Source of the DNA: Octopus vulgaris
Lineage: Eukaryota
DNA length: 64,000 nt
Direction: 5' to 3'
NCBI GenBank assembly: GCA_951406725.2
Contig: OX597816.1
Span: 104,718,001 to 104,782,000 of the forward strand
How positions within the stretch are numbered: position 1 is the stretch's first letter; every line of letters begins with the position of its first letter. The position numbers were made by a program, and so were the translations under genes. Under the pieces are notes generated by a model that saw only the letters and a list, made by a program, of their open reading frames with translations, was not told the origin of the DNA and did not search any database. Shown here piece after piece: positions 37,535 to 52,214 of the stretch.

Positions 37535-39752
37535 CATACCAAGAAACAGGAAAGAAGGAATATTTCAACTTTACAAAGGCAAACATAGAAGATATGAGAA
37601 AAGACCTGGAAAATATCAGATGGGTGGATGAGCTGAAATTTCTATCAGTTGGGGAGGTATAGGAAAAGCTGCGCAAGGAATTGGACAGAGTAACAGAGAA
37701 ATATGTACCAAAGATGGGAGGCTCAAGAACAAGAAGGAAGAAGTAGCTCAATAGAGATACACTTAGAACAGTGCGGCAGAAGCACAAACTGTATAGACCA
37801 AGAATATGCAAGATTATCAGGCTTATATCAGGACCAGAAATAAAGCGACAAATGCATGCCGTAAAGCAAAGAAGAAATTAGAGAAAATGGTAGCAACACA
37901 AGCCAAGAAAAGCCCGAAGTCATTTTGGTCATACGTGAAGTCAAAGACGAAATCAAAGACAGGTATTGCAGACTTGAAAAGAAGTGAGGGTTCTAAGACA
38001 ACCACAGACAAAGAGAAAGCCGATCTGCTGAACACTTTCTTTCAGAGTGTCTTCACTGTAGAGAAGGAAGGCGATCTACCAGACATACCAGAGTACACGT
38101 ATGACACAGAGCTGACCAACTTAAACATTCCTGTGGAACAAGTTCACAAGCAGCTGACAAGCCTGAAGATTGCCAAGGCCCCAGGACCGGATGGAATCAG
38201 CCCACGCATACTTTCCGATCTATCGAATGTACTCGCTCTTCCAATCACAATTGTCTACAGAAAAATCAATGGATACAAGCAAAATCCCAGACGAGTGGAG
38301 AACTGCTAATGTCACCCGCATATTCAAGAAAGGGAGCCGTTTTGCGGTCAACAACTACAGGCCAGTAAGCTTGACCTGCGTACTGTGCAAGATGATGGAG
38401 GTGCTTATTCGTGAGCACATCACTGAACACCTGCGGCGAAACGACCTCATCAACCAAGAACAGAATGGATTCACAAGGGGGAGATCATGTGTGACGAAAC
38501 AGCTTGACGTTCTTTACATCTCGACGGAGGCCTTGGATGCAGGGGCTGGAGTCGATGCGATCTATATGGATTACATGAAAGAGTTCGACAGCGTCCCATA
38601 TCGTCGGCTTGTAGCCAAAGTAGAAGCTCACGGTATCGAGGGAAATGTCCTTCTTGAGCCACCGGTCACAACGTGTCAGTGTCAACGGCATGATGTCAGA
38701 GAGGAGAGAGGTGACAAATGGCATCTCACAAGACATTATCATTGGCCCAGTACTGTTTCTCATGTATATAAACGATCTGCCTCGGGATGTCCAGAGCCAC
38801 GTTAGGTTATTTGCTGACGGCACAAAGATCTTCGCAAGGAATGACGTTGATATGACCATGGCAACGCTGCAAGACGACCTGGATCGCCTCCACGAGTGGT
38901 CGACGAACTGGCAAATGCGGTTCCATCCCGAGAAGTGTTCCGTATTGAGTGTAGGGAACACGAACACGAACAGGAAATACTGCACGAGAGGTCAGGATTC
39001 ACAGGAGGAACGAAATGTGGTGGAGCTAGCTGAAAGTGGGGTGGAGGGGATCTTGATGTCATGATCAACAAAGGGCTGACCTTCAGCAACCACATAAACC
39101 AAGCAACTGCAAAAGGAAATCGAATCCTTGGAGTCATCCGACGATCATTTGACTTCATCACCCCTGTTATCTTCATCCAGCTGTACAAGTCTCTAGTTCA
39201 CCCGATTCTTGAATATGGACACACAATTTGGCAACCCCGACATGAGGCAGTGTGTTGTGAGTTGGAGAATGTTCAGAGGCGTGTCACCAAACTCATTGCA
39301 TCCTTGAAAGAAAAGCCATACCTAGAGCGCCTGGTTGCACTAAACCTGCCTAGTCTCGAATATCGCCGTCACAGAGGGGATATGATCAACATGTATAAGT
39401 ATACGGACGGCCTATAACTGACCAATCGCCCCCAATTTGACTACTTTTAAGGCAGAAATACGAGAAGACACTGCAGGCTCAACATTAGAAGCTGCTTTTT
39501 CGTACAGCGTGTGACCGCCACCTGGAACAGTCTGCGAAACAGTGTGGTCGCAGCTCCATCAGTCAGTGCCTTCAAGAACAGGCTTGACGCATACTGGAGG
39601 GAGCTTCCTGCAAAATTTGATCCTCTCTGTTACTATTAGCTGCAACTGTCGAAGTGTTGTACCACACAGGACAAATTAATTGCTCTAGTGGAAAAGGACA
39701 TGTGAACAAACTGCTAGGAGCTTCAACACGGAAACCATCCAGTAATCCAGTA
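37535..39752 (+). mobile_element. 5'-truncated CR1-clade LINE with a disrupted ORF2 reverse transcriptase
   Basis: KKSPKSFWSYVKSK, KAPGPDGISPRIL, NNYRPVSLTCVLCKMME, QNGFTRGRSC, DAIYMDYMKEFDSVP, GISQ..IGPVLFLMYINDL, LFADGTKI, WQMRFHPEKCSVL, LYKSLVHPILEYG, TWNSL..SVVAAPSVSAFKNRLD; stop at 39637-39639 and several frameshifts. Ends in a CR1-style octamer tail (ATCCAGTA)x2 at 39737-39752. Confidence 0.95.
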
Positions 39753-40927
39753 AAATCTCAGTGTAGTCCATTTTGCGAAAACTCATCGGAAATTCGGAGT
39801 TCTTGATATTTCTTCTGGAAGTTCTTTTTTCGTTAGAGTAGATGATATAATGCTACAACACGCAAAAGTGTTAGAGGTACTACAAGTAATTACTAGACTC
39901 TACATAATACAATCAAACAAAGTAGTTTTTTACCCTTGGGATTGTATTGGGGTGGGATTCTGCATAAAGCTGAAATAAATGGGACATTGTTACTCATCAC
40001 ATATTTAATCAAGATTTTGTAAGAATTTGAAAATTCATTTTAAAGTATTGTATCCCATTATTGTTTATAATAATCAAAGGTGGACTTAAACAATTACTGA
40101 AGAAGGAAATAATTTTATCTTTATTTTTGCCCAGTAAAAGACACTTTATGCTGACATAGGAAAAATCTTTCAATTCTTCTACAAGAGAAGTATTTTCTCT
40201 TTCATGGGAATCTGGGAACCTACTTTTTTTTACTAAAAATAGATGCCAAAACATGCTTAAAGTGTATTTAATCCTCAATTATTTTGTGTATCCCTTAGAT
40301 GACGGTCTTAATCGAAAACAGCGATGTAAAATGAAAAATATAAAGAGAATAAAACAAAATGAAGTGTATTTAGTCTGCACTTATAAACTGCTCTTTCTCA
40401 TTCAGTGTAAGTTACAGCAAATGAAACAAATAATAATTAGAAATTCTTCATTATTTTCAAACTGCTGATTTATTTCAATTTATGACTTCAGAAATCACAG
40501 TGCGTAGGGTAGCTTCCTATGCGGAACATATTTCCGAAAGAATGAATTTTCTTTGCTGATTACGACAAACATCTCAAGTGTATTTCTTTTTTTCTTTCTT
40601 TTTTTTTTTTTTTGGCATATATACTATAAACAACTCAACAAATTACATTTTATTTTGGGACCGAAATTTTAAAAATTACAAAACATAAATATACAGAGAA
40701 GTGTGAAAAACAAATGTTAACATAGTAAAAGTAAATTACATTGACAATGTTATGTATATTATTTTTTTCCTAATGATTACACAGGATACATTGCACCAGC
40801 CTTTCTTCTTCACATTACCACATATACGCTAACTTCGGTTCGTATCACATTTTGTTTCATGTTTTCACAAACACATCCGCACGCACACACACACATACAT
40901 ACACATACATGCATACAAACATGCACA

Positions 40928-41006
<79 letters not shown>

Positions 41007-41599
41007 TTCTTGATGAAAAACTCATGCAACTGCTTATTGGCATCTTCTCCGTTATTAATTTCTGCTTCTTTGGAAGCTTTTTACCCATCTATACAAAACC
41101 GGTCATCATTAGATAATTACTGTATAACAGGCTGAGCATTTTATGAACATTTGTACAAACAACTTCCTCAAAAAAAAATTATATCGAAGAGTGTTTATTA
41201 CTTTTTTTTTCAGCAACACCTTGCTCTATACAAAGAAATCCTTTGAAATCACAAGAGCATTGCATTAACAAAATTTGTCAGATATTCATGATCAATCAGC
41301 TTCAGATCAAGAAGCAGTAGTCGTCTCTTAATGCAAACTCACAAGCACATAGCAGCTTTTTTGCTTAACCACATTCTTCAATGGCTCCAGAAAATTCAAT
41401 TTCATGTTAAAGAAAATTATATACGTGCATTTAAGAGGGGAAGAAAACACCTACGTTGAACACAAAGCATTGCACCCGATCAATCTGAGGAGTCGCAAAT
41501 GCACGATAAATAGTGTGTAATTGTTAATTTTTAGCGGCGGAAGCTAATCTTTATATCCAATTTAGCATGGATGTTTTGTTATATCCAACATAACATGAA

Positions 41600-42160
41600 T
41601 TGAGAGATTCATTCATAAAGGCACTCGATGCAGAAAAGCCAACGCATTGATCGTTGTGGAAGTGAATCGTCTGTCAAACACGCCGAAAGCTCACTATCAC
41701 GTGATTTTATACAATTGGATGTTATCAGAGAGAAGCGTCCCCGGGAGTTTATGACAGACGATTTTCGGTGAGGGTGTCTTTTTATGCACCAATTGCTTAT
41801 ATGAGTAGATCTCACAATGCTCTCTGTTTGATTATCGAAGATATATTCATATCATCAAGACAGGTGACCTCTATAGTTTATCTTGCTTATTCCAGCGCCA
41901 ATATCCAGCCTGTTATATATTTGCACTTGGTAAACGTTTTAATGGGAAGGTTCCACCGATAATTCATGTATTGTTTAACAACAGAGAATTCTCTATATTT
42001 ATTCAAGGACAAACTTTTCCGCAACGGATTCTTTTAGTGACAGCGTCATTTCGCATTGGAAATTAGTACCTTGATGACGGTTGATCACGTGTGATGACTT
42101 CCACAGAAGTATGACACAATTTGCATATTCGGCTGCATTTTGGAGCTCCAACAGCTTCAA
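41600..42160 (-). pseudogene. Possible very old piggyBac transposase remnant
   Basis: Minus-strand EFSVVKQYMNYRWNLPIKTFTKCK resembles the piggyBac SIDEQMxPYxGxxxxKQFIKGK motif; the rest is decayed. Confidence 0.3.
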
Positions 42161-42299
42161 TGACTCTGTTATCTACTAGATATTTTGTAACAATCAACTA
42201 TTCTTGGATAGTAAATGCATACACGTTTAAGTGTAATATGATGTAGTGGTCACGAGATCAGGAATAATGCACTCCATATCAGTATTATTGTTGCCTTTA

Positions 42300-42510
42300 G
42301 GTCGGTGAGCGGGTAGAATCGTTAGAATGCCGGGCAAAATACTTGGCAGCATTTCGTCTGTCTTTGGGTTCTGAGTTCAAAATCATCCGAGGTTGACCTT
42401 GCTTTTCATTCTCTTGGGGTCGATAAAATAAGTACCAGTCAAGCACTGGGGTCGATGCAATCGACTTACCCATCCCCTGAAATTGCTTGCCTTGTGCCAA
42501 AATTTGAAAT
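42300..42510 (+). mobile_element. Meta-type SINE
   Basis: GGTGAGCGGGTAGAATCGTTAG...TTCTGAGTTCAAA...GGGGTCGATAAAATAAGTACCAG...CCTTGTGCCAAAATTTGAAA. Confidence 0.85.
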
Positions 42511-43617
42511 CAATATTACTGTTTCCTTCAAGTCTTCTGTAAACATATTCATATTCAGTTTTTCCTTGACGTACATAGCGTTTCGCAACCTGGTTTTCTT
42601 TGAGATATTTTTTTCCAAATGTTTTGGGATCGCATTGGAGGTCGTCAGAAAGAAGTGCTGCTTCAGAAGCTCACTGCCAGCATGTAAGTTGTGGTTTTAT
42701 TAACTTTTCAGATTTATGTATCTATATTTACTGCTGTTCTTTAGCAGATGTTGTGTGAAAGAGACTATACGACATTCGAAAACTCTCTGCACTGATCTCA
42801 AGCCTTTACCTTATTCATCTCTTCATAGTTAGAGCCTGTCCATATCACTGTTTATGTGAAAGTTTGCAGTTGATATTAGGATCTTGTGAGTTTTTTATGC
42901 TAATGGAGTGGATTTATTTTGCGCAGCAGTCAAGTGTCCCAAATGTTGGAATCAACACTGGTACTATTCTAATGCATCACAGGATATTGTCTTGTTGCAA
43001 GAGGAAAGATCCAACTGCCATATTTTTCATGGTCGGATATAATAGTCTCGATTCACTTCGTTTGTTTTAACATCAACTACATATATGTTTTCTGCAATGC
43101 CTAGATATTTTCAAAATTCTTTGTATAGTTTAGGGAAAATAGGAGGACCGTTTATGCGGAGGTTTGGCGATTGAGGTACTCATATTCTGTTTAAGAACCA
43201 AATACTAACATTTGGGGGGACCAAGTTCCATTCCCATATCAGTTGAAATTGTTGTAATTCATTCTAATTGATTTTTGGCATTAACCTTTTTAGTACAGAT
43301 TGTTTTTTCACCCACAAATAAATTATGGGTTCTAGTAGTTGCACACCCAACCATGAATCCACTGAATTTTTGTAGCAGGAATGATAATATATCTAATACC
43401 ATAATGTGTGTATGTGCTTATGTATGTACGCATGTAAATATAATTCATATTTATAGATGCTGACAAAATAATAACTGTTTCGCCCTGAGATTTTTAAAAC
43501 ATGCACGTTTATCATTACAGATAGAAGTGATTAATAACTTTCATAATCAATTCTGCAATAAATCGTCTTCTGTTCCTTGTAACTAGTTCGGAATCCCAAT
43601 TGTTCCTGATTGTGTGC

Positions 43618-43660
<43 letters not shown>

Positions 43661-44019
43661 TGAGTATATGTGTGTGCGCATGTGCGTGTACAGTGGTAAT
43701 TAATGGGATTCCACCAGGTAAGCTCTGCTACCTTTCAAATACTTTTATTATGACAGTGTAGGGCAAATAAGGCCTTTCAATTTTTAGTTCATTAGAAAGT
43801 ACATTAAAAAAAATATTTTTAAGTTAACAAATGAAAACAAAAAAGATAGGAAGTGTTATTGGAATATTGAGCGATGTTAAATGATCTTAATGAAAATGCA
43901 AATATAAACGATGTAATATAAAAATGTTATGTCCACATGCAAATATTAATATTTAACAAACAAGAATGGAATAACAATATTGTTTTAAGTAGAAATATAT
44001 TAAATAGCATTTTTAAAGA

Positions 44020-44400
44020 TGACATTAATGTTGAATTCTTCTTCAAAGGGGTGGATCTTGAAACAAATCTGTAAAAGTCTTAATGCAAATTTTTAAGCAA
44101 TGCTACGAAAATTTTTATATTACTTTTCTTCAAATCGGTTTCGTTTACATCTACTTGAATTTGATAACTATCATAAGTGAGATGAACATTTAAATCCACC
44201 ATCAACATAAGAAGGCAACTGTTTTTTTTTTGTCCTTAAGTCATCACTAGAAAATTATAGAACTATTGTGCTTTAAAGCGATTTATGAAGCGAACGAAAG
44301 GCTATTAAAATCCAGAGTTATTGAGTTTTTATTGAATTCCAAAGTTTGAGTTGGTGCAAAATCAGCTCATTTGTTTCTGCTTATTAATGAAAAGCATCTG
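44020..44400 (-). pseudogene. Possible hAT (Buster-like) transposase C-terminal remnant
   Basis: Minus-strand LPSYVDGGF...CKRNRFEE resembles the hAT dimerization-domain motif PTxYLxExGFS...KxRNRL. Confidence 0.35.
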
Positions 44401-45884
44401 GTAAATAACGAAACAGAGCCTGTTAGAGATTGTCTTTCTGAACGTACTTATTATTCACATACAATTAGTAAGGAAAATTTATATTTACGTTGATAGATCA
44501 TTATGAATAATAATCAAATTACTATAATTACCGTTCAAAAAATACTTTGGTAATCAAACATAAATAAATATCATCGCAATATTTGTGTTTATCACCTGAT
44601 TCATCATTAAACACGACTTCATTCGGGTAATAATTGCGAATTGTTTTTATAAGTAAGTGATATGCATTATTTTCCTTGCACTTGCCACTATATAAACAGC
44701 CTTCAACATAAGAAATTACCTATTTATATATCTTGTATTTTAGATCCAACGTATGTGGATAAAACTGCATGCTAAAAATATAGCGGATGCTTTGTGTAGA
44801 ATTCGAGTTTGACAAAAATAACGTTCCTCAAATACCATGTGATTACTTTATCTTAAATATACCTAAACACATTATATACGTTTCTAGTTATACAATATTT
44901 TCAATGGAATTTATATTTAGAAAATAACCGGATGATTCATGACTGTTATTACCATCTAAATTTCACTTGCCATATCAAGAGATAACCTCTGTGACGCCAA
45001 TAAAACTTTTGATTTTTTTCTTCACAGTTTTTATACACCCACGCTTACCATACATTGCATTGGAAAGTAAATACGTTTTACTTTCGAAGTCTTATAAATA
45101 ATTGAAGAGAAATAAAAAATGGAAGTACAAGCTGAAAAGCAAGAACTACTTGCTTGTAAGAAAAATTAAAATATATCGTTTCAAAGAAGATGCCAATAAG
45201 CAGTTGCATGAGACTTTCATCAGTCTGTTTTTAAGCAATATTGTTTGTAGTTTTTTAAATAAAATTTTGCATGTTTCATAATGCAATAAACGGTACTTAT
45301 ACATAATCTCTCCATTCCCTTTCACCATAGCCGTATGTATCTATGCATGAATCAAACATTTATACATATTCACCATTGTCGTATATGTAGTGCAGTATCT
45401 TCAAATACACATGAAACTATCTCAATATATATTTAATACCATTTTAGTGTTTACTATTCACCGCCTCTACACACACACTTAAATGCATATACATTTTCAT
45501 GTATATATATATATATATATATATATATGAAGAAATGTACATGTGTACAGGGACGTTGTTCTTAGATTAAAGAATAAGACATAAGGCAACATATGTTTCT
45601 TAATGCTATACAAAGATTTAATAGAACTTATTGTTTCAACTTAAGCAATTCATCTCTATTAACATAATCTGTAATACAAATGTTTGTAGAAACGAGTTTC
45701 TTCACTCTTTACAATTTCTTTATCATTTATCATTTTCCTAAAATGTGTATGTTTTCTCTTTTGCATTCATATATACATGTACATTATATATGTATTTATT
45801 ACTTGTCGAGATGAGAGTAAGCACTGCCAATAATATTTGGTGCTCTGAAATGGATAATTTTGTTGTTGTTAAATGTTCTATTTA

Positions 45885-46075
45885 AATCAATGCAGATTAA
45901 CGCCTGCAAGAAAGAAACGAGCAGGGAGAAGGATTCCAGAGGGCCGATATTCTAGACAGAAACGATAGGGTGTAGTGATAAATGCGCGGCCAGGATCGTT
46001 GAACACAACATGTTTGGCGAAAAGTCGGAGGAATAAGGGGCCTATAGTCATTGAGATTTGTAGGAGGTACAAGCA
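45885..46075 (-). pseudogene. LINE ORF2 C-terminal fragment (CR1/Jockey group)
   Basis: PRIYHYTLSFLSRISALWNP.. matches the SFFxRTxxLWNxLP motif. Confidence 0.5.
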
Positions 46076-46796
46076 CAAAGATCATTATAGTAATGATAGC
46101 AATACAGAGAGTGATGGAAGGCATAAACTATATCATGTATTTTATTAATTTAATGCCAATCAATCGAATGGTCTTTTGTGGATGTCCGTAGGCACAGTGG
46201 CAGTATCGGCCCAGGTGTACGAACAGTGCTTTTTACTGCGTTGCATTTGAGCGTACTTGTGGAGTTCAGCATCTTTGAGGGACTAAAACATTCTCTGTCG
46301 TTAAACTGGATGACCAGTCTCTCAGACTTTATATAAATGATATGCTTTCATCAAGGATTTTAAATGTGTGTCATTGATCTTTAGTGTGTGTTTCGTTGAT
46401 ATGAATGGCATTTGAGTTATAATTTTAATTATTTGCTGTTAAAAGATACGACTGGCGCATCTTTTAGAAGGTTGATTTAATTGTTTTTGTTCATATAATC
46501 ATAGACATATATGTAGACACAAATACTCACTATAATTTAGGGAAGAACTTGAGTTTGATTCTAATGAATGGAATTGATATGAACACAATCCAGTACGTCA
46601 ATGAATTTTTGGTGCCACAAAAGAATGCAACATACAAAATACGCGAAACGTTCGGGTTTTCTATCATAATCACTTATTCTAGGTCTTCTTTAAATACAGA
46701 GTGTTCTCTCTATTTTCCGATTAATACTAATATAGGAAGAATATATTTACATTCTTATTCAACTCACTGTCATGCACACACGCACGCACGTATATA

Positions 46797-46857
<61 letters not shown>

Positions 46858-46924
46858 GTAGAATTTTTTGCGTAATAAGATAAAAAGAAACAAGGCTGTA
46901 TAGATATCAAAGCATTTATAGACA

Positions 46925-46980
46925 GGTCTTACAGCTATTTCTAGGATATTAATTAATAATATCCCTTCATCGGAGACGGT
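46925..46980 (-). ncRNA. Degenerate hammerhead motif in a Penelope pLTR-like repeat (about 46860-47290, between (TA)n tracts)
   Basis: Minus strand GTCT-CCGATGA-AGGGATATT...AATATCCTA-GAAA-TAGCTG-TA-AGAC: stem I GTCT/AGAC, palindromic AGCT loop and a GUA site, with a core U>C substitution. Confidence 0.55.
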
Positions 46981-47285
46981 GTGTGTGGAAAAATTAAGTC
47001 AGAGTTAGTTTCGATGTGATACAAATAGAGAGTGAGGTGGCGGAAAGAAAATAGATGTAATTTATGTATGGGTATTGAATTTGTAAATCCGTTTTATAGG
47101 CATAATGGTATATATGCAATATTCCAATATCCTTTGAGTAAAATCTAAAAGGCCAACATAGTTTAATATGAGTCCTTCCAAATACAGAATTTATAAGCAA
47201 TGTAAGATTCCCTTATGAGAGAGATCCAGCAGATTTTTTAACTTGGTCATTCTCTGTAGGGAATTTATATACAGTGTTGCAGAGT

Positions 47286-47399
<114 letters not shown>

Positions 47400-47773
47400 T
47401 TGTTGAAACCGAAAAGATCTGTTCAACCTTTCACATAACAGATTATCCGACAGAACAACTGTGAGTAATTAGAACAATGAGGTGGTTTACATTTATTTAA
47501 AAGCATTAATAACTACCAATTTAGTTCATAAACATGTCAAGCTGATTGGGTAGACGACTGCTTTAGTTTTAAGTGATTATGCAATGAGATGGTGATGATG
47601 AATGCTTATAAATACTTATAAAATACATATAAATACATATTTGGAACGTTGCATTGTTCTAAATATGTTTATCTGATGTGCGACTACTGTATATATGTAT
47701 ATATATATATATATATGGTTAATAAGATACTTAACAACTGGTTCGGGAGCATCTGACCCACCTGTAAAGTATC

Positions 47774-47820
47774 TCACCCGTGAGAGATCGATGCTAGATA
47801 TGTTGAAACAATTGTAGTGA
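47774..47820 (+). ncRNA. Degenerate hammerhead motif
   Basis: TCAC-CCGTGAGA...GAAA-CAATTG-TA-GTGA: stem I TCAC/GTGA, palindromic AATT loop and a GUA site; the CUGANGA core and stem II are decayed. Confidence 0.45.
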
Positions 47821-48021
47821 TTAATAAAAATTCTTCCACCTTCCGTTTCTCATTTTCTCATTAACCAAATACATAACGAACATTGTGAAAGTGGTCGTGC
47901 TGCACCAGTAAGCTACCAGGTATAAAACATTCGTTTTCATCTCTTATAATAATATCAACAACAACAACAACAACAATAACAATAACAACAATATATATAT
48001 ATCTAATATACATATATAAAT

Positions 48022-48133
48022 ATGCGTAGAAGTGGCTGTTTGGTAAGACGCTTGCTTCCCAACCGAATCATTCAAGGTTCAGTCCTACTGCCTGGTACCT
48101 TGGGCAAGTGTTTTCTACTAAAGCCCGTCGTAA

Positions 48134-48194
<61 letters not shown>

Positions 48195-48425
48195 TGTATG
48201 TATGTATGTATATATTTATGTATGTATTTGTGTGTCTGAGTTTGTCCCCAACCACCGCTTGACAACCGAGCTTGATGTGCTTAAGTTCTCGTAACTTAGC
48301 GGCTCGACAAAAGGAAATGATAGAATAAGTACTAGCCTTACAAAGAATAAGTCCTGGGGTAGATTTTTTTCGACTAAAGACAGTGCTCCAGCATGGCTGC
48401 AGTCAAATGAGTGAAATAAGTAATT
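48022..48425 (+). mobile_element. Older Octopus-type SINE with an internal deletion
   Basis: GTGGCTGTTTGGTAAG...CCTTGGGCAAGTG...AAGCCCGTCGTA...GTGCTCCAGCATGGCTGCAGTCAAATG. Confidence 0.85.
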
Positions 48426-48458
48426 GAAAAAATATATATATTTTTCGATTTTTCGATA

Positions 48459-48862
48459 GGCGCAGGAGTGGCTGTGTGGTAAGTAGCTTGCTAACCAACC
48501 ACATGGTTCCGGGTTCAGTCCCACTGCGTGGCATCTTGGGCAAGTGTCTTCAACTATAGCCTCGGGCCAACCAAAGCCTTGTGAGTGGATTTGGTAGACG
48601 AAAACTTAAAGAAGCCCGTCGTATATATGTATGTAAATGTATATGTTAGTGTGTCTGTGTTTGTCCCCCTAGCATTGCTTGACAACCGATGCTGGTGTGT
48701 TTACGTCCCCGTCACTTAGCGGTTCGGCAAAAGAGACCGATATAATAAGTACTGGGCTTACAAAGAATAAGACCCCGTGGTCGATTTGTTCGACTAAAGG
48801 CGGTGCTCCAGCATGGCCGCAGTCAAATGACTGAAACAAGTAAAAGAGAAAGAGTAAAGAGT
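48459..48862 (+). mobile_element. Full-length Octopus-type SINE
   Basis: GGCGCAGGAGTGGCTGTGTGGTAAG...GACTGAAACAAGTAAAAGAG. Confidence 0.93.
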
Positions 48863-49239
48863 ATATGAGAATATATATATATAATAATGGGGAAATTATA
48901 TACATATTTTTCTTTTACTTGTGTCAGTCGTGTGTGTGTATGTGTGTGTGTGTATACACACATGAATCTACATATGTACTATGTATATATACGTATGGAT
49001 TTTCATGTACGGATTATTTGATAATAACGCATTCGAGTTTCTGGTTTTCTCTTTTCTACAGACCACAATAGTAAATAATTTAGTAAAAGTGTGAAAGGAA
49101 CGATTTATCGCCAACTGATAATTTTTCACAATATTAATGTTGTAGCATTCCTCTATATACTCAGATATAAGAATAATCTAACCGTTTTCTATAGAATTAT
49201 TTCAAAGTTTTAACCACTGGTTAGAGGATTTGTACGCCG

Positions 49240-49495
49240 CAGCGAATTTTCAATCAAAATTCTCTGTTTAGTGTGAATGATAATGTTTCATGCCAAATAG
49301 ATGACCGAACAACCATGATTAAATATTCCATAAAAATATTAAGACATATTGAATTTGTAATGTTATCCATGCAACAACTGGCCATGACAATGCCAGTAGG
49401 ACTTTGTGAGCGCTGTAGCACTGAAGAGCTATCAATATATACAGAAAGCAAAAACAGAAACTCAGCGACTCGGAAATATTACAGAGAAATTTGAA
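49240..49495 (+). pseudogene. hAT (Buster/ZBED5-like) transposase fragment
   Basis: NDNVSCQIDDRTTMIKYSIKILRHIEF resembles SNDTVxRRIDxMxxDIxxQLxxxLxxxxFSLQLDE. Confidence 0.45.
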
Positions 49496-50547
49496 ACATT
49501 AGAAGTACAATAACTTAATGCATTGACATCCGGTTTTCAAACATGTATGCAATTTTTTGGCACCTAAAGCTGACTACAGTGATTGATCTGCATGTCGGAG
49601 TTCCTCCGAATGCTAAGTAAAAATCATCGATAGTTTGATACCAGTCAAGCGGCTGCTGCCATTGCCCATGTTTCCGGATACTCACTCCGCTTGAGATATT
49701 CTATTTTATCAACTCTGATAACTTCACATTGCCCTTCGTCCGTTACAATAGGAAGTACTATCATTTAATATTACTGACAGCGTTTTCCAATATTGCTGCA
49801 TAATTGTACCAGAAATATCAGGGCGTTGGACTACACACATTACAGAATTGTGCATTTATATCCTCCTTTATTTTAATAAAATTCTGTCTGTTTCAAATTT
49901 GCATGTCTACGAAACATAAACACAAAGTTAATAATCGAGACTATTCTATGGACTATAGTCTTTGGTTTCAATAACCTAATAGTTCAACAATATTTGAACG
50001 CATTGTGTCAACATAAGAAAGCAGTATTAGAGCAGAACAGAAAAAAAATTGTAGACCAGGTAACTAAATGTTTTGTATCATATTAACCGCTTACGCTTTG
50101 TAAAACTCAGCTCTCTTGCTTTCTTATAATAATGTCCAGAACTCTGCTAGAATTAGCTATATCCACCAACCGCTCGAAAATATGGTATTGTGCCTTGTCA
50201 AAAGTCTCAAATATTTTAAACTATTTCTGTTACAACACTGATCGAAGTAGACCTATATGATTTATGACTATCATTTACGATATCTTGAAATAATAAATTA
50301 GTTATCTTTTAAAGAAAACCTAATTACTGTTTGTAATTAATATATCGTATTTAACTAACCATTGCCTATAAAATACTAATTACGTATGAAATTAATGAAG
50401 ACTACGTAACTATGTTTTCTGTGGTTGGATTTCGTTACTTAGATTAAATCTGACAACTGACAATTTACGAATTTCACAACGATGCGTCTCAATTATATTA
50501 AAACTCACTTAGATCTAATATACTTCTAAATATTACTCTCACCCACA

Positions 50548-50594
<47 letters not shown>

Positions 50595-50946
50595 TGTATA
50601 TACATGTAAATATATCTGTTTGCTTTTGTATGTACTATGTATGTATGTGTGTATTATTCGAAAATGATTTGGATATAATTTACATTCACATATCGGTATT
50701 TAAAAATGTACGTGAATAAATTGAAACTTGATTTAGTTTTTTTATTGTTTCTTTTCATTCAGCAGCGAGATGTCTTGTTGCTTCCTTGATATTGATTCTC
50801 ATGTAGAAAACGCTGTTATATAATATACATCTCGATATATATTCACAAAAAGTAATTTATTTTATTCATATTTTATGTTTTTATTCCCTAAAATTTAATT
50901 TGCTAGCCTCTAAGCAAACTTAGCAAAAGTTGAATTCTAATGCATC

Positions 50947-51066
50947 TCTTCTTCTTCTTCTTCTTCTTCTTCTTCTTCTTCTTCTTCTTCTTCTTCTTCT
51001 TCTTCTTCTTCTTCTTCTTCTTCTTCTTCTTCTTCTTCTTCTTCTTCTTCTTCTTCTTCTTCTTCC
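50947..51066. repeat. (CTT)n microsatellite
   Basis: Direct read. Confidence 0.98.
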
Positions 51067-52214
51067 TTTACCATCTACTTCTCCACCCATTTGTGATTTT
51101 TTTTATATTCTCCTCCTCCGCCATATTTTAAATTTGTTTTACCGTTGTTGGTTGGTTTATCAAATTTGAAATAAAACTAAAATGATAATTATATTTATCT
51201 ATATCTTACCTTTTTTTGTTTATTTATTCCGTGTGTACAATTCATATCATATATGTGTCTTGTATAATTTTCTATATGACTTTTGCTGATTCACTGTTTA
51301 CACACTTTGAAGACTCGTTCTGCGCATTAGTTGACAAGCAACGAGCTTATAAGACAACGACCGAGTCTCTACATGGTCTCACGACATGCTTAGAAGTAGC
51401 AAGATTTTCCTAAAATTACACTACATCAAGAGAAAAAGTAGACATTAGATAATGTAGTCCGTATTAAATAAAATTCTGAGAAAGCTTGAGATTATCGCCC
51501 TTTTCATGCTTTTATATAGTAAGTTTGCTCAGTCAAGGCCGACCCGGACTGCTGAAGAAGGAGGAGGAGGAGAAGAAGAAGAAACGATGACAACTTTAAT
51601 AACAGCCATTGAGCTTAGTTTCCATTTTCTTGAGTTTTACAATAATTCAATATTGCTCACATCACTCATATTCTTATTAAACTCATGAACGTTCTATTAC
51701 TTTTCTCCTACGTATCGAAATTGTTTTTCTATACCAGGAACAAAATATTTATCGTTAACTTTTAATTCTGAAACAGTTTCTTCTAAAATGCATTTGATGT
51801 TTGAATGAGGGAATATTTATACTGTTGAGATGGCAGATAAAAAGCAATTGCACAGTGTTAAATGTGAATGAAAGAACACATCTACACTGCAACTGAAACT
51901 TTAGTCCCAAATATTTAAATAAATTGTTGCTTTGCTGCCATTATTATAAATGTAGTTGTCATCGTTTTTGCTTATCCTAGATCAGCTCTGTAGGGGACTT
52001 CCCTACTATGAAGATATTCAAGCATGACAGTCCAGGTTTTTCTCAGACTGTACCCAGGAATACTTTGATCCGATATGTTCATTCTTTTAACCTGTAAGTT
52101 TAAATTTGTTGGAGGTTTAGCTACTATTTCCAATGGAGTACAGAGATGCACCTTGTTTCTTTGGCCTTTCTCTCGATTTACAATGCGATTTACAAGTAAA
52201 CACGGTAAACACGG

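Noticed and set aside
38485-39188. Long minus-strand ORFs (166 and 128 aa)
   Set aside because: They are antisense shadows of the CR1 reverse transcriptase region.
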